In this document: one piece after another, positions 26,126-38,312 of the stretch | How positions within the stretch are numbered: position 1 is the first letter of the stretch | Layout of the letters: every line of letters starts with the position of its first letter | Source: Hemiscyllium ocellatum | Taxonomy: Eukaryota | Reading direction: 5' to 3' | Length of the DNA: 64,000 nt | NCBI RefSeq assembly: GCF_020745735.1 | Contig: NC_083429.1 | Location: forward strand, 25,277,877 to 25,341,876 | Position numbers and translations under genes: made by a program | The notes under the pieces: generated by a model | Told to the model about the DNA's origin: nothing | The model's database searches: none | Seen by the model: the letters and a program-made list of their open reading frames with translations, nothing else

Positions 26126-28611
26126 TCCTCTTTCAGTCCAGTTGCTCCATTCAAGTATTTAATTTTTCACAGGAGTCTTCTTCCATGTTAAACATTGAAC
26201 TCTATCTGCAAATCCACCTACTGTCATTGAATGCAAGCATGCAGCTAGGAAGGCAAATGGTTTATTGATCTTCATTGCAAGAGGGTTTGAATGAAGGAGC
26301 AAGGAAGTCTTATTACAGCCGTACAGGAGCTTGGTGAGACCACACCTGAATGGCAGATACCTGCTCCTATTTTCTACACTTCACTCTCACACACGTCTCT
26401 AGTTTCCTCTTAATTACATTTCATAATTCACCTCAACAAACCCCTGGGGTAACAAATTTGACATTCTCATCAATGTCTTGCTGACAAAGTTTATTGTATT
26501 TGACTGTCCTATGTTTCGAAGCTATCATTTTGAATTCCCTCACAAGTAAAAGCCTTTTCTCTGTTCCAACTTTTAAAGACCTCTAATATGTCATCCCTAG
26601 ATAAAGAATCCCAGTCTGTTCAGTCTTTAATAACTATAACCTTTTAGCTCTGGTATTACATTTAGTGTTTCAGCTGATTCCAGTGGGCTGTGGAAGCTTT
26701 CTGTATATGGAGACAAGTTCACTTTCCCTTAAGCAAATGCTCTGCATGTATTCACTATGCACAACTCACTGAGGATTAAGATAAAAATTCATTCTACAAG
26801 TACTGCAAAGCCACGTAACTACAAACTGAACCTTGGCTGTGATACTTCATCAAGCATTCTCAGCACAGGATTACAGGATTTCAATAGAACGTGGAATGAT
26901 CCCTAACCTAGGTCCAAACAGTACACTTCAGTAAGATACAGATTAGTTGCTGAGGGAGCTACACTATCCCAGCAAGCACATTCATATGATCTTTGACGTA
27001 TTAACTGTATACCAAACTTCTCCCCTCATCTCAGCTTCAGAGAAAAGAGAATTTTTCAGTACCCCTTACATAGAGTATGGGTCAGCCTACAATATTAGGG
27101 ATTCTATTCTTTGATTTGGGCTCCTTTCCAAGTGCGACTCTGGGCTAGAATGGGAGGAATCTTCCCCCGATGTTCCAAGTGTTGGGTATTATTATAAATT
27201 TCTTTCTTGCAAACAAGACATATCTGACACTACTGAAGCTTTAAAGTTAACGGGGTCTTTTAATATTAAAGTGCACATTAATATGAGGACACAGAGCTAG
27301 GGGCAAAAGGTGGAAATAGGATTAATTGGATAACTCTTTTCTCTTTCTTTTTTCTTCATCTTCTAACATTGTGGGAAAGCCAGGGTGGTGTTGGCCGGGT
27401 GTTGGCTGCAGCGGTGAGTGTGTCTGGAGCGGGGTTTCCTGGCTGCGGTAGGCCTGAAGCGTGGACTCTTGGTGGGGTCGTCATTGCTGTTCCTGTAGTG
27501 GGGACTCCTTGAAATCCAGGATATCTTGCAGAGATGTTGCAGATGTGCCTGAGCTGTGCTTGAAGACCCTTGTGCAGAAGATGAACTCTATTTATTTAAT
27601 TTATTTTTATTCTTTTTGCAATTCAAAATGGCTCCAGATTGTAGCAACAAAATACTTTTCACTGTATCTTTCTCGTAGATAACTCACTAATTCTTTCAAA
27701 GAGCTAGCAAAAGCACAGTGAACTGAATGGCCTCCTGCTGCCTAATACTATTTCATGATTCCTTGATGCACTGCGACAGAAAAATTATCTGGATAGCTGT
27801 GCATTTCAAGAAATCCCGAGTGCATGGTTATCAATATCAAATCGAATCCACAAGTCTGAATCTGAGTGACAGGCAGGCAAGATTATGGTCAACTTCAATA
27901 TCCAGGTTTTTGTGGAATGTTCCATTGTTGCAATATGGTGCAAACCTCTCAACGTGGAGCTGTGGAATATTCAGGTTGAAATTTGCCAAATGATTTATTT
28001 AAGATTCCTCATTGATGTGTTCACCTCATAAACCTTTTCTTCCTAAAGTTATTAGCTGATTCATTTAAATGTACTGATGAACTTACCAAAATAGAGCAAA
28101 CAACTATTTGTAATTGGGCATGCTTATCAATGCATTAAGTTAACAAACAGAAAGATTACACCCTTAGAATTCAAATAGAGCAGAGGTCTAATGGTATTTC
28201 CTCTGAACCTGTTAAATAAGTCTGGGATGGTTAAGTCCCCATCAATGTTATCAAAAAAATTGTACCATATAAAATAGGAATGGGAATGGGCTATTCAGCC
28301 TATCGAGATTGGTCTGTCATTCTGATGATCTTCTCCTGAAATTCCACTTTATTTTTATTGGCTTACAGAATGTGGGTGAGCATTCCTAATTAAAGAGAAC
28401 ACTTAAGAGTCAACTACAATGCTGAGTCACATGTAGGCCAGACCAGGCAAGGATGCCAAATTTCCAAAGGAAATAATGAGCCAGAGGGGTTTTAAACTAA
28501 CAATTGACAGTTATATGGCAGTCATTAAGCTAGCTTTTAATTTCAGATTTTTAAATTGAATTCAAAATCAGATAGGACTTGAACTCGAACTCTAAGACTT
28601 GAACTCATGCC

Positions 28612-29125
28612 ACCATGTCCAGCTTTGATTCTACCTTTAATCGACTGTCAACGTATAGTTTGCACGCTCTCCCTGCGTCTGTGTGGGTTTCTTCCACGTA
28701 CTCTGACTTCCTCCACAGTCCAAAGATGTACAGGTTAGATGGATTGGCCGTGCTAAATTGCCCATTGGATCCAGGGATGTGCAGGCTAGGTGGATTAGCC
28801 ATGGGAAATGCAGGGTTACAGGGATAGGGTAGAGGGGTGGTACTGGATGCGCTTCAGAGAGGCAGTGTGGACTCGATGGGCTGATTGGCCTGCTTCGAGA
28901 GTGTGTTGCTGGAAAAGCACAGCAGGTCAGGCAGCATCTGAGGAGCAGGAGAATCAATGTTTTGGGCCAGAGCCCTTCATCCTGAAACCTCGATTCTCCT
29001 GCTCCTTGGAAGCTGCCTGGCCTGCTGTGCTTTTCCAGCAACACACTTACGACTCTGATCTCCAACATCTGCAGACCTCACTTTCTCCTGATTGGCCTGC
29101 TTCCACACTTTGGAGGTTCTATGAT
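28612..29125 (+). mobile_element. HE1-type SINE interrupted in its tail by a Penelope palindrome
   Basis: HE1 core 28650-28896, with the tail resuming at 29104. Confidence 0.8.
28897..29087. mobile_element. Penelope-like pLTR palindrome (family A)
   Basis: Exact 16-bp TSD ctgattggcctgcttc (28881-28896, 29088-29103). The arms join inside the hammerhead motif. Confidence 0.85.
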
Positions 29126-30404
29126 TAATACCTGGATTTCTGGATTGCTAACTCAATGTCACTACACTACTGCCTTCCCTTAATTGATAAATAACGGGCA
29201 ACCCATCCTGAGGAACAAAATAAATCTTCTAAACAATTCATTTGAATTCTCACAGCTCCTCACATTTTCCATGTAATAGGATTGACATCCTAGAAAAGTC
29301 CTAATTTTCACTTTTTTCTTGCTTACTTCTCCTACATCTCTCACTTTTTCTTGTTAAGTTTTCAAAACTTGACAGTTTTTCTTTTCCCTTTCCTCTTGTT
29401 CTGTTTATGCTCTCACCTACAACTTCTTTCAGATTCGTACCAGCTATTCTTACCCTTCAAAAAGAAATTCAGTGGTTCTGAAGCACACCTTGTCAAACAT
29501 AAACATGCTTTATAAATGCAAGTTTTTCTTTCGCAAGGGAAACCTGTTTCCTAAATGAAATATCACAGGTTTGGTATAGGAATGAGCACCTCTGAGATAT
29601 CAACTGAGATTTCAAGTGTTATTCCCCAGTTGCCCCTCCAGTTAATGTCTAACTTATTAACTCACCTTATTCCTCAATGTTGTGAACTGAAGAACACTTG
29701 CCTAAACCTCTGAGAACAAAAACACAATCAAGGCAGCACAGAAAAATAAATAGAAGCTAATTTCTAAAGCACTTCAGCCTTCTTCCTAATCTATCGTAAT
29801 GCCTTGTGTACAAATTGCAACACATACACATGATAAAATAGCAATGTGCTTTGGGATTTTCTCTCTATGATATTCCATTCCTGAAACTACATGAGAATAC
29901 GCAAAATGCTCAGCATTTCACTTTTCCTCAGATAACCCAACGTGGAGTGAATGATAGACGTTATAGTGTTGTTTCCGATGACCAAAAGGAAGAACAACTA
30001 ATTTCATTTATATAGCGCCTCTATCATGGTAAATCATCCCAAAGTACCTCATAGCATTATCAGACATCAGTTCACATTGAGCTAAAGAAGTGGATATTAA
30101 ACCAGGGGATTAAAGTCTTGGTCGGCACAAGAGTTAGATTTTAAACAGCATCCTATGTGAAGGGTGTAAAAGGAACAAAGATATAAATAATAGACTAAGA
30201 ACAAAGGCTCTTAAATCTATTAGCAAACATTTCTCTTCTATTTTGCTGTCAACATTTTTCTAGACAGAGCTCAAGATGGAACATTGGACAGGGAGAAACA
30301 CAATGCTCACTCATATGAATAGAGAGGAGGTTGCAATCAACGTGTGTGACTTTCCCATAGTGATATTCCTTAATGCTCTGTGCAGGTTAAAAAATAAGTA
30401 ATTC

Positions 30405-31090
30405 ATGGGATGTAAGTATCACTAGTTAGGACAGCCTTTATTGGCATCCCTTATTTCCCCTAAGAAGATAATGTTAAAGTGCCACCTTGGGGTGAGGGGA
30501 CACCACAATGCTGTTAGGGTGGCCATTTCAGGACTTTGTGCAGTGAAGGAACAGCAACACAGTTTAAAATCAGTATAATATGTGACTTGGAGGGGAAGTT
30601 GCAGGTGATACTCCCCCCTGTCCTTCTAGGCAGTAGATGTTGAAGGTTTAGTAAGTGCTATCAAAGAAACCTTGGTTTGTTACAGATAGTATACAGAGGA
30701 ACCTTGATTATTCGAAGGACACGGGCAGAGAGTATTTTGTTCAGTTAATCGAATTCTGGATAATTGAATGCCGGATAACATAGTTTAGCCAAGCATCAGG
30801 ACCTTGCAACCCTATCGGATAATCCGATATTTGAATAAACGAATGCCGGATAATTGAGATTCCTCTATATACTGTAGCTATTGTGTTTGGGTGGTGCAAG
30901 GAGTAAATGTTCAAGGTGGTAAAAAGGATGCCAATTGAGAAAATTGGTTTGTTCCAGGTGGTGTCAAGCTTCTTGGGTGTTGTTGGAATTGCACCCATCC
31001 AGTCAAGTAGAGAGAATTTCATCTCACTCCTGACATGTGCCTTGGAGATAGTGGTGGACAGGCTTTGGGTACCCTCCACAGAATTTCCAG
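30405..31090 (-). mobile_element. CR1/L2-superfamily (Zenon-like) LINE 3' fragment
   Basis: QSLSTTISKAHVRSEMKFSLLDWMGAIPTTPKKLDT. Same family as 35200-35870, 46445-47250 and 55950-56950. Confidence 0.75.
30694..30867. mobile_element. pogo/Tigger-like MITE
   Basis: TIRs cagaggaaccttgattattc / ggataattgagattcctcta flanked by TA. Internal ccggataa sub-repeats. Interrupts the LINE above. Confidence 0.75.
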
Positions 31091-32789
31091 CCTCTGAACT
31101 GATCTTGCGGCTGCAACTTGGTCAGGGATGAAGGTGTCAAGCCTGGTCAGGGTCAAGCGACCACTCATTTCCCAATTAAATCTCAAATGACTTGTTGTGG
31201 GTCTGGAGTCACAAGTAGAACATTCCAAGTGAAGATGGCAGATTTCCTTCCCTAAAGTGATGGAGTTTTAAGACCATCAATATTCGTGCCATTAGGCTAG
31301 GGCTTTTTTGCTAGATTTTTATTAAATTCAAATTTCACCATCTGTCATATTGGGATTTGAACCCACATTTTCCTAGAACATTAAACTGGATGCTCTGGAG
31401 TACTAGCCCAGAGACATTGCCTTTATACTACTGCCTCTTGGCTTTTTGCAGTCAGAAGGTAAAAGTGCAATTTTCCACATTGCCTGGTAGATGCCAATGT
31501 GGAAATTGTACTGGGACAGCTCAGCTAGGGGAACAACCTGTTTTAATCTGGATTATTATTGCAGGATTGTTAGCAGGACGCACCGCCTTTTCAGTATCCA
31601 TCACCTTCAGCCATTTCTTGATAGGATTCAGAGTCAATCAAAGTGGCTGATGGCTGACATCTGTGATGGTGGGGATCTGCTTTTGTATCCAAACAGAGAA
31701 AGGGGAGAATGTGTGTCCTAAAATTTGAGACTCTGTGATATCACAGATGATTGACAGGAGAGGTTCCTCAAACAATGAGGGAGTTTTCACTTTAGCAGGT
31801 TTTAGACATTAATGCCTATGCAAGAAACAATCCTTTTTCAACCTCTTTCCCCAGTGTATTAATTTATGGTAAGCACTATTGAATTGTATTTATTAATATT
31901 TAAAATGGCAGATACCAAGCTTCAGATAAGACATCTGTGCAGTGATCAGTTATTATTTTTAAAGGGGCAGTGCATTCATGAAAACATATTCAATAAACTC
32001 TCCCCTGTGCCCTGAACAACACACTGTACAATGGTGCAGGTCACACACTGCATCACCCACAGGTGAACTGACAAGGCTGAAGATTCTACACTTCCTTATT
32101 TGCCCTTTGTCCCTCCAGGACAAAAGAAATAGATTCCCTTGTGTTTTTCCCTCCCTCTCCACAAGGACAGCAAGGCTTTAAATCCAACATAACTAGGCTG
32201 AAGGGTGCAGTCAGCAGTTTAAGAATATCAAATTCACAGCAATTAAGACATGCACTTCAGGGAAATAGACTGTACCCACACACATTCAGTTATTTATATA
32301 CAGTTATATGTGTGTATTCCTCCCTTGGCTGCAACACAGCCAGAAGCCTATTAATTAGCATTGTCCGCCCTATCTGTGCAGTAATTAAATGCGCTATGAA
32401 TGATTAATTGGAACAAACTGGTGGGGGTGGGAGGGCAACACTTTAACCCATTAAGTGCAAATAGATAGCTGTGTGCAGCTGGAGGTTCAGGCACAGCTAT
32501 CAGGACTGCTACTTTTAAACTGGTGCTGGAATTGAGAGGGAGATGCTGAATCTCAGTGGCACAGCTTTCCAACATTGCAATGTGTCTCATTTATACACTG
32601 TATATGCTTTTGATACATAATGGGCCTGTGGCACAGAGGCAAAGACATTTCAAATATGATAGAGTTGCAATTTTAAATCAAGTTTCCAGCATCTCAGGAG
32701 ATTCCAAAGCATTTTACAGACAATGCTCTCTTATGTGGTAAAATAACCCCTACTGCTTCGAAGGAAATGTTGCAGCTAAACTGTGGTCA

Positions 32790-33002
32790 AGTAAAAAATG
32801 AGGTCTGCAGATGCTGGAGATCACAGCTGCAAATGTGTTGCTGGTCAAAGCACAGCAGGCCAGGCAGCATCTCAGGAATAGAGAATTCGACGTTTCGAGC
32901 ATAAGCCCTTCATTATTCCTGATGAAGGGCTAATGCTCGAAACGTCGAATTCTCTATTCCTGAGATGCTGCCTGGCCTGCTGTGCTTTGACCAGCAACAC
33001 AT
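32790..33002. mobile_element. Penelope-like pLTR palindrome (family A), young
   Basis: Nearly identical arms. Direct repeat ttgcagctaaactgtggtca at 32770-32789 and 33003-33022. Confidence 0.88.
32915..32950 (+). ncRNA. Minimal type I hammerhead ribozyme motif
   Basis: ATTC-CTGATGA-A-GGGC(TAAT)GCTC-GAAAC-GTC-GAAT. Stem II is kept by a G-U pair. Confidence 0.72.
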
Positions 33003-33345
33003 TTGCAGCTAAACTGTGGTCAGCAAGCTTCATGAATTACAATGAAATAAAATGCCTAGATAATCTGGGTGAGTGAGGAACAGGTGCTCACCAGAGGGAG
33101 ATCTCCCTTTTTTTCTTTGAATGAGTGCCATCAGATCATATCCTGCCCATCTGAGTGGGTCTTGGTTTGATGTCCTATGTTTTGGGGATTTCAGCAATCC
33201 CTCTGCACTCCTAGCCAGGACTATGTACTAAAGCCTGTAGAACACAGCTCAAATCAAAAACCTTCTCTCTCAGAGGTGAGTTTGGTATCACTGAGGAATG
33301 GCTCTTGCATATTATGTAGTGAGTAAAGATTCTTTCTGAGATTTA

Positions 33346-33675
33346 GGGTAGCACAGTGGTCAGCACTGCTGCCTCATGGTGCCAGGCCCTAGGTTCAATG
33401 CCACCCTTGGGTGACTGTCTGTGTGGATTTTGCACATTCTCCCCATGTCTATGTGGATTTACTCCAGGTGCACTGGTTTCTTCTCACAGTCCAAAGATGT
33501 ATAAATTAGGTGGATTGACTATGTAAATTGCTCATAATGTGCAGGTTAAGTGGATTAGCTATGGGAAATGCAGGGTGATAGGGGAGAGAGGGTGAGTCTG
33601 GGTGGGATGCTTTTCAGAGGGTAGGTGTGGACTTGTTGGGTCAAATTGCCTGTTTCCAAAGTGCAGGGATTCTGT
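33346..33675 (+). mobile_element. HE1-type SINE
   Basis: Full head, core and tail. Confidence 0.88.
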
Positions 33676-34619
33676 TAAAGTGCATAAATTATGAAAATTA
33701 AATGCACTTCAATGCCTGTTATAGAGGAATTGTCTATTGGTTTATAATTTTCATTCAACCTAATTCTTTTTTTAATATTCTGTCCATATGCCCTATTACC
33801 AATTAAATTTGTTTGTCTCCATTTGTTACTGTATGATTGATACATGCTTTCACATTTTTAAACCTGATTACTTATTCTGTACATGAATCTTTTGATGTAA
33901 GTCACACTGCAATTCGCCTCAAGGCTACAAACGTGTTGCTTGAATAAGTAGCATTATTACAGTTGTGTGGAATTTGCTTCCTTGGTGTCACCAGCAGAGA
34001 GGGTACAGGTTAATATCTCACCATGAATGGAAAACACTTTGCAGGGAGACACTGGTCTAGGCAATTTCACCAAATGAATGCTAGCCCAAAGGGTGTTCAT
34101 TTGACTTCTGCCTAATGTGCATTTAAATGACTTTGAGATCAACTGAAAACACATAATTAACCTCTTTAGTTTGTCAGTGCTAAGTAATGAATATTAGGAT
34201 CTCCTGCACAATATATCCCACTGTATGAAGAAATGCTGAATGCAAAGGATATTGAAAACGCTGAATGTCCCAGCTGTTGTACAGATGACTCGAGTTGCAG
34301 AACTATCTTTACCTTAAACAAGTACAACTGTATGACGTCTAATCTGAAAAATTGCCCCAAGTACACGTTGTCCCCAGAAAGAATGGGACAAATTCAATAC
34401 TGTCCATTCATGTGAAACAGTCAAATCTCAATCAGCAGTCAAGTTTGGAGGGCATTGTTGACATTGCTATCAAAAGGCATTTACTCATCAACAGAATGGT
34501 CACTGATGCTCTGTTTGAGATTTAGTCTTCACTAAAGCATCAACAAAAGAGCTGAGTTCAAGAGGTGAAAGTGACAGCCATTGACATAAAAGAAGAATGA
34601 TATTAAGGGATCCTAACAA

Positions 34620-35870
34620 AACTTAAGACAATGGGAGTCAAAGGGAAACTCTCCACTGGTTGGAGTTTAACCTAGTACAAAAGAAGATGGTTTGTGGAAG
34701 CCAAGTCTCAGATCCTGAGCATTGTTGCAGGAGTTCCTCAGATAATGTTTTAAGCTCAATTATCTCCCGAAGTTTTATCAAAAAAATTGTCCTTCTTCTG
34801 TGACCAGTATGGGGGATATTTGCTAATTATTGTAGTGTTCGGTACCCTTTGTAATTCTTCAGATTTTAGATTAGATTCCCTACAGTGTGGAAACAGGCCC
34901 TTCGGCCCAACAAGTCCACACCGACCCTCCGAAGAGTAACCCACCCAGACCCATTCCCCTCTGACTAATCATCTAACACCATGGGCAATTTAGCCTGGCC
35001 AATTCACCTGAGTTGCACATCTTTGGACTGTGGGAGGAAACCGGAGCACCTGGAGAGAATGTTCAAACTCCACACAGACAGTCACCCAAGGCTGGAATCG
35101 AACCTGGACCTTGGTGCTGTGAGGCAGCAGTGCTAACCACTGAGCTATTGCGCTGTCCTACTGAGCCACCATGCTGCCCTACTGAAGAGTTATATCCATA
35201 TGAAGCATGAGCTGGATAATTTTCAGGCTTGGATTTTTCAATAGTAAATAATGTTTGGGCCACACAAATGACAGGTAATGGCAATCTCCACAAGAATGAA
35301 TCTAACCTTGACATTGAATAACACCATATATTCCCACAATCAATATCCCAGGATTACCATTGACAAGAAACTTAACTGGATCACCAATATGAATACTGTG
35401 AATACAACTGCAGATCAAGGAATAAGAATTTTGCAGAGAATAATTCACCTGCTAACTAGCTAAACCCTGCCTGCATTATCCCAGAAGGCACAAGTCAGAA
35501 GTATAATGGAGTACCTTCTACTTTCCTGGATAAGTGCAACTCCAATAACAACCAAGAAACTTGACCACCATCCATGACCAAAAAGGCCACTAAAGATCAC
35601 TCCCATCCACCACCTTAAACATTCACCTCCTCCACCAATGGATGCACACTGGTTGCAGAGTATTCCATTACAAATTCCACTGAAGCAACTCACCAAGACT
35701 CTTCCAACAGGCCTCCCAAAGTCAATGAGTACATGAAAAGACCTGCAGGTTCCCCACTTTTAATATATAAACAATCATTAGAAGTTGGAATTAAATCACT
35801 GTTTCTTTTTCTGTCTCTAGGTCAAATTCCTGGAACTGTCTCTCTAACAGTACTGTAGATATATCTACTT
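34620..35870 (+). mobile_element. CR1/L2-superfamily (Zenon-like) LINE fragment, split by an HE1 SINE
   Basis: KLKTMGVKGKL..W..GVPQ.., ..GITIDKKLNW.., KAQVRSIMEY remnants. The 3' UTR resumes at about 37290. Confidence 0.7.
34866..35180 (-). mobile_element. HE1-type SINE
   Basis: (AATCT)n tail, core and head with a small 5' duplication. Confidence 0.9.
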
Positions 35871-35874
35871 AGGT

Positions 35875-36170
35875 TTGGGGTGACATTATGGTAACATTAC
35901 TAAACCAGTAATCCAGAGGCACAGACAAAAGTTCTGGAGACAAGTGTTCAAAGCCCACTGGGGAAGATGGTGAAATTTGAATTCATTAAAAAAAAGGATG
36001 GCTGTAATGATGGCCATTTGACTATTGCTTACCTCCTTGTCTGGCCTGTACGTGGTTCCAGACACAATGCAGTGTAGTTGACTATTAACGCATTTGGAAG
36101 TGGCCTCGAGAGTCAATCAGTCCGTGGGCAATAGGGGGTAGACAATAAATGCTAGCCTTGCCAGTGAAGC
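35875..36170 (+). mobile_element. tRNA-derived SINE sharing its 3' tail with the Zenon-like LINE
   Basis: ggtaacattactaaaccagtaatccagagg..gttcaaagccc head and caataaatgctagccttgccagtga tail. Related copies near 31190-31437 (-), 48735-49040 (+) and 50555-51170 (+). Confidence 0.55.
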
Positions 36171-36704
36171 AAGAAGGCTTTGATCAGATGATTTGGTGGG
36201 CTGAGAAGTGGCAAATGGAGTTTAATCTACATAAATGAGATATGCTACATTGTGGTAAGGCAAATCAGGGCAGGACTTGTACACTTATTGGAAAGGTCCT
36301 GGGAAGTATTGCTGAACAAAGGGATCTTGGAGTGCAGGTTCATAGTTCCTTGAAAGTGGAGTTGCAGATAGATAAGTTAGTGAAGAAGGCATTTAGTGAA
36401 GGGCCTATTTCCGTGCTTCATTGATCAGTCTAGGATATGCTCCTATACGAGGAGAGAAATGGGAAGTCAGTTTGTGGCTGTACAAGAAACTGGTTAGGCC
36501 ACTTTTTGAATACTGTGTTCAGTTCTGGTCTCCTTGCTATAGGAAACATGTTGTTAAACTTAAAAGGGTTCAGAAAAGATTTACAAGGATGTTGCCATGG
36601 TTGGAGGGTTTGAGCTTTAGGAAGACGTTGTATAGGTTGGTACTATTTTCTGTGGAGTGTCAAAGGCCGAATGGTGACCTTATAAAAGGTTACAAAATCA
36701 TGAG

Positions 36705-36925
36705 CTGAAAATGTGTTGCTGGTTAAAGCGCAGCAGGTCAGGCAGCATCCAAGGAACAGGAAATTCGACGTTTCGGGCATAAGCCCTTCATCAGGAATCC
36801 TGATGAAAGGCTTATGCCCGAAACGTCGAATTTCCTGTTCCTTGAATGCTGCCTGACCTGCTGTGCTTTAACCAGCAACACATTTCCAGCTCTGATCTCC
36901 AGCATCTGCAGACCTCACTTTTTCC
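36705..36925. mobile_element. Penelope-like pLTR palindrome (family A) with hammerhead motifs on both strands
   Basis: Exact TSD tacaaaatcatgag (36691-36704, 36926-36939). Confidence 0.88.
36763..36798 (-). ncRNA. Minimal type I hammerhead ribozyme motif (consensus-perfect)
   Basis: Reverse complement reads ATTC-CTGATGA-A-GGGC(TTAT)GCCC-GAAAC-GTC-GAAT. Confidence 0.75.
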
Positions 36926-37289
36926 TACAAAATCATGAGGGCATGGATAGAGTAAATGGCCAAGATTGTTTCCCCAAAGTAGGTGAGTCCAAAGCTAGAG
37001 GGCTTAGGTTTAAAGAGAGAGGGAAAAGATTTAAGATGGATCTAAGGGGCAACCTTTTCACACATAGGGTGGTATGTGTATGGAATGAACTATCAGAGGA
37101 AGTGGTGGAGGCTCGTAAAATTACAACATTTAAAAGGCATCTGGATGGGTATATAAATAGGAACAGTTGAGAGGGGTATGGACCAAATAATGGCAAATGG
37201 GACTAGATTAGTTTAGGATCCCTGGTTGGCTTGGTTAAGTTTGACTGAAGGGCCTGTTTCCATGCTGTTCATCATTATGACTCTAATTA

Positions 37290-38080
37290 AGGCCTTCACC
37301 ATCTGCACTGCAGTGGCTCAAGGCCTACACCATCTGGACTACAGTGGCTCAAGGTCTACACCATCTGGACTACAGCGGCTCAAGGTCTACACCATCTGGA
37401 CTGCAGTGGCTCAAGGTCTACACCATCTGGACTGCAGTGGCTCAAGACGGTGGCTCACCACCACCTTCTCAGGGGCAATTACAGATAGATAATAAAGTGG
37501 CTCAAGGCCTACACCATCTGGACTACAGTGGCTCAAGACGGTGGCTCACCACCACCTTCTCAGGGGCAATTACAGATAGATAATAAAGTGGCTCAAGGCC
37601 TACACCATCTGGACTGTAGTGGCTCAAGGTCTACACCATCTGGACTGCAGCGGCTCAAGGCCTACACCACCTGGACTGCAGTGGCTCAAGGTCTACACCA
37701 TCTGGACTACAGCGGCTCAAGGCCTACACCATCTGGACTGCAGTGGCTCAAGGTCTACACCATCTGGACTACAGCGGCTCAAGGTCTACACCATCTGGAC
37801 TGCAGCGGCTCAAGGCCTACACCATCTGGACTGCAGTGGCTCAAGGCCTACACTATCTGGACTGCAGTGGCTCAAGGCCTACACTATCTGGACTGCAGTG
37901 GCTCAAGGCCTACACCATCTGGACTGTAGTGGCTCAAGGTCTACACCATCTGGACTGCAGCGGCTCAAGGCCTACACCATCTGGACTGCAGTGGCTCAAG
38001 GTCTACACCATCTGGACTGCAGTGGCTGAAGACGGTGGCTCACCACCACCTTCTCAGGGGCAGTTACAGATAGATAATAA
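37290..38080 (+). repeat. 31-bp minisatellite with higher-order interruptions, derived from a LINE 3' UTR
   Basis: About 20 copies of aggYctacaccatctggactRcagYggctca. The block gacggtggctcaccaccaccttctcaggggcaRttacagatagataataaag occurs three times. Confidence 0.95.
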
Positions 38081-38289
38081 AGCTGAACCTGCCAGGAATG
38101 CTCACATCTCAGGAGTAAATAATAGGCATAAGATGTTTGGGAGATAAATAATTCAAACAAACATCGGGATCATTTTTTAAGATGTGCACTTTGGGAAAAG
38201 TTCTTTGACCACATGATATTGTAACCATTATATATAAACAGTGTCTATCCATTATCCTTTTTTTGTGCTGCATATCAGTTAATGATGAT

Positions 38290-38312
38290 TATATATATAT
38301 ATATATATATAT
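38290..38312. repeat. (AT)n microsatellite
   Basis: Direct observation. Confidence 0.95.

Larger units (their letters stand above)
36175..37283 (+). mobile_element. CR1 LINE 3' 1.1 kb, interrupted by a Penelope palindrome
   Basis: EQRDLGVQVH, LYKKLVRPLFEYCVQFWSP, DLRGNLFTHRVVCVWNEL, and an atgactct tail. Confidence 0.9.

Noticed and set aside
34233-34415. Cys-rich 60-aa ORF
   Set aside because: No known cysteine spacing pattern, signal peptide or exon boundaries recognised.
37290-38080. CRISPR-like array or repeat protein (three overlapping ORFs of 133-136 aa)
   Set aside because: Units are directly adjacent with no unique spacers, and the three interruptions are copies of one sequence. 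The ORFs are open only because the 31-bp unit has no stop in any plus-strand frame.
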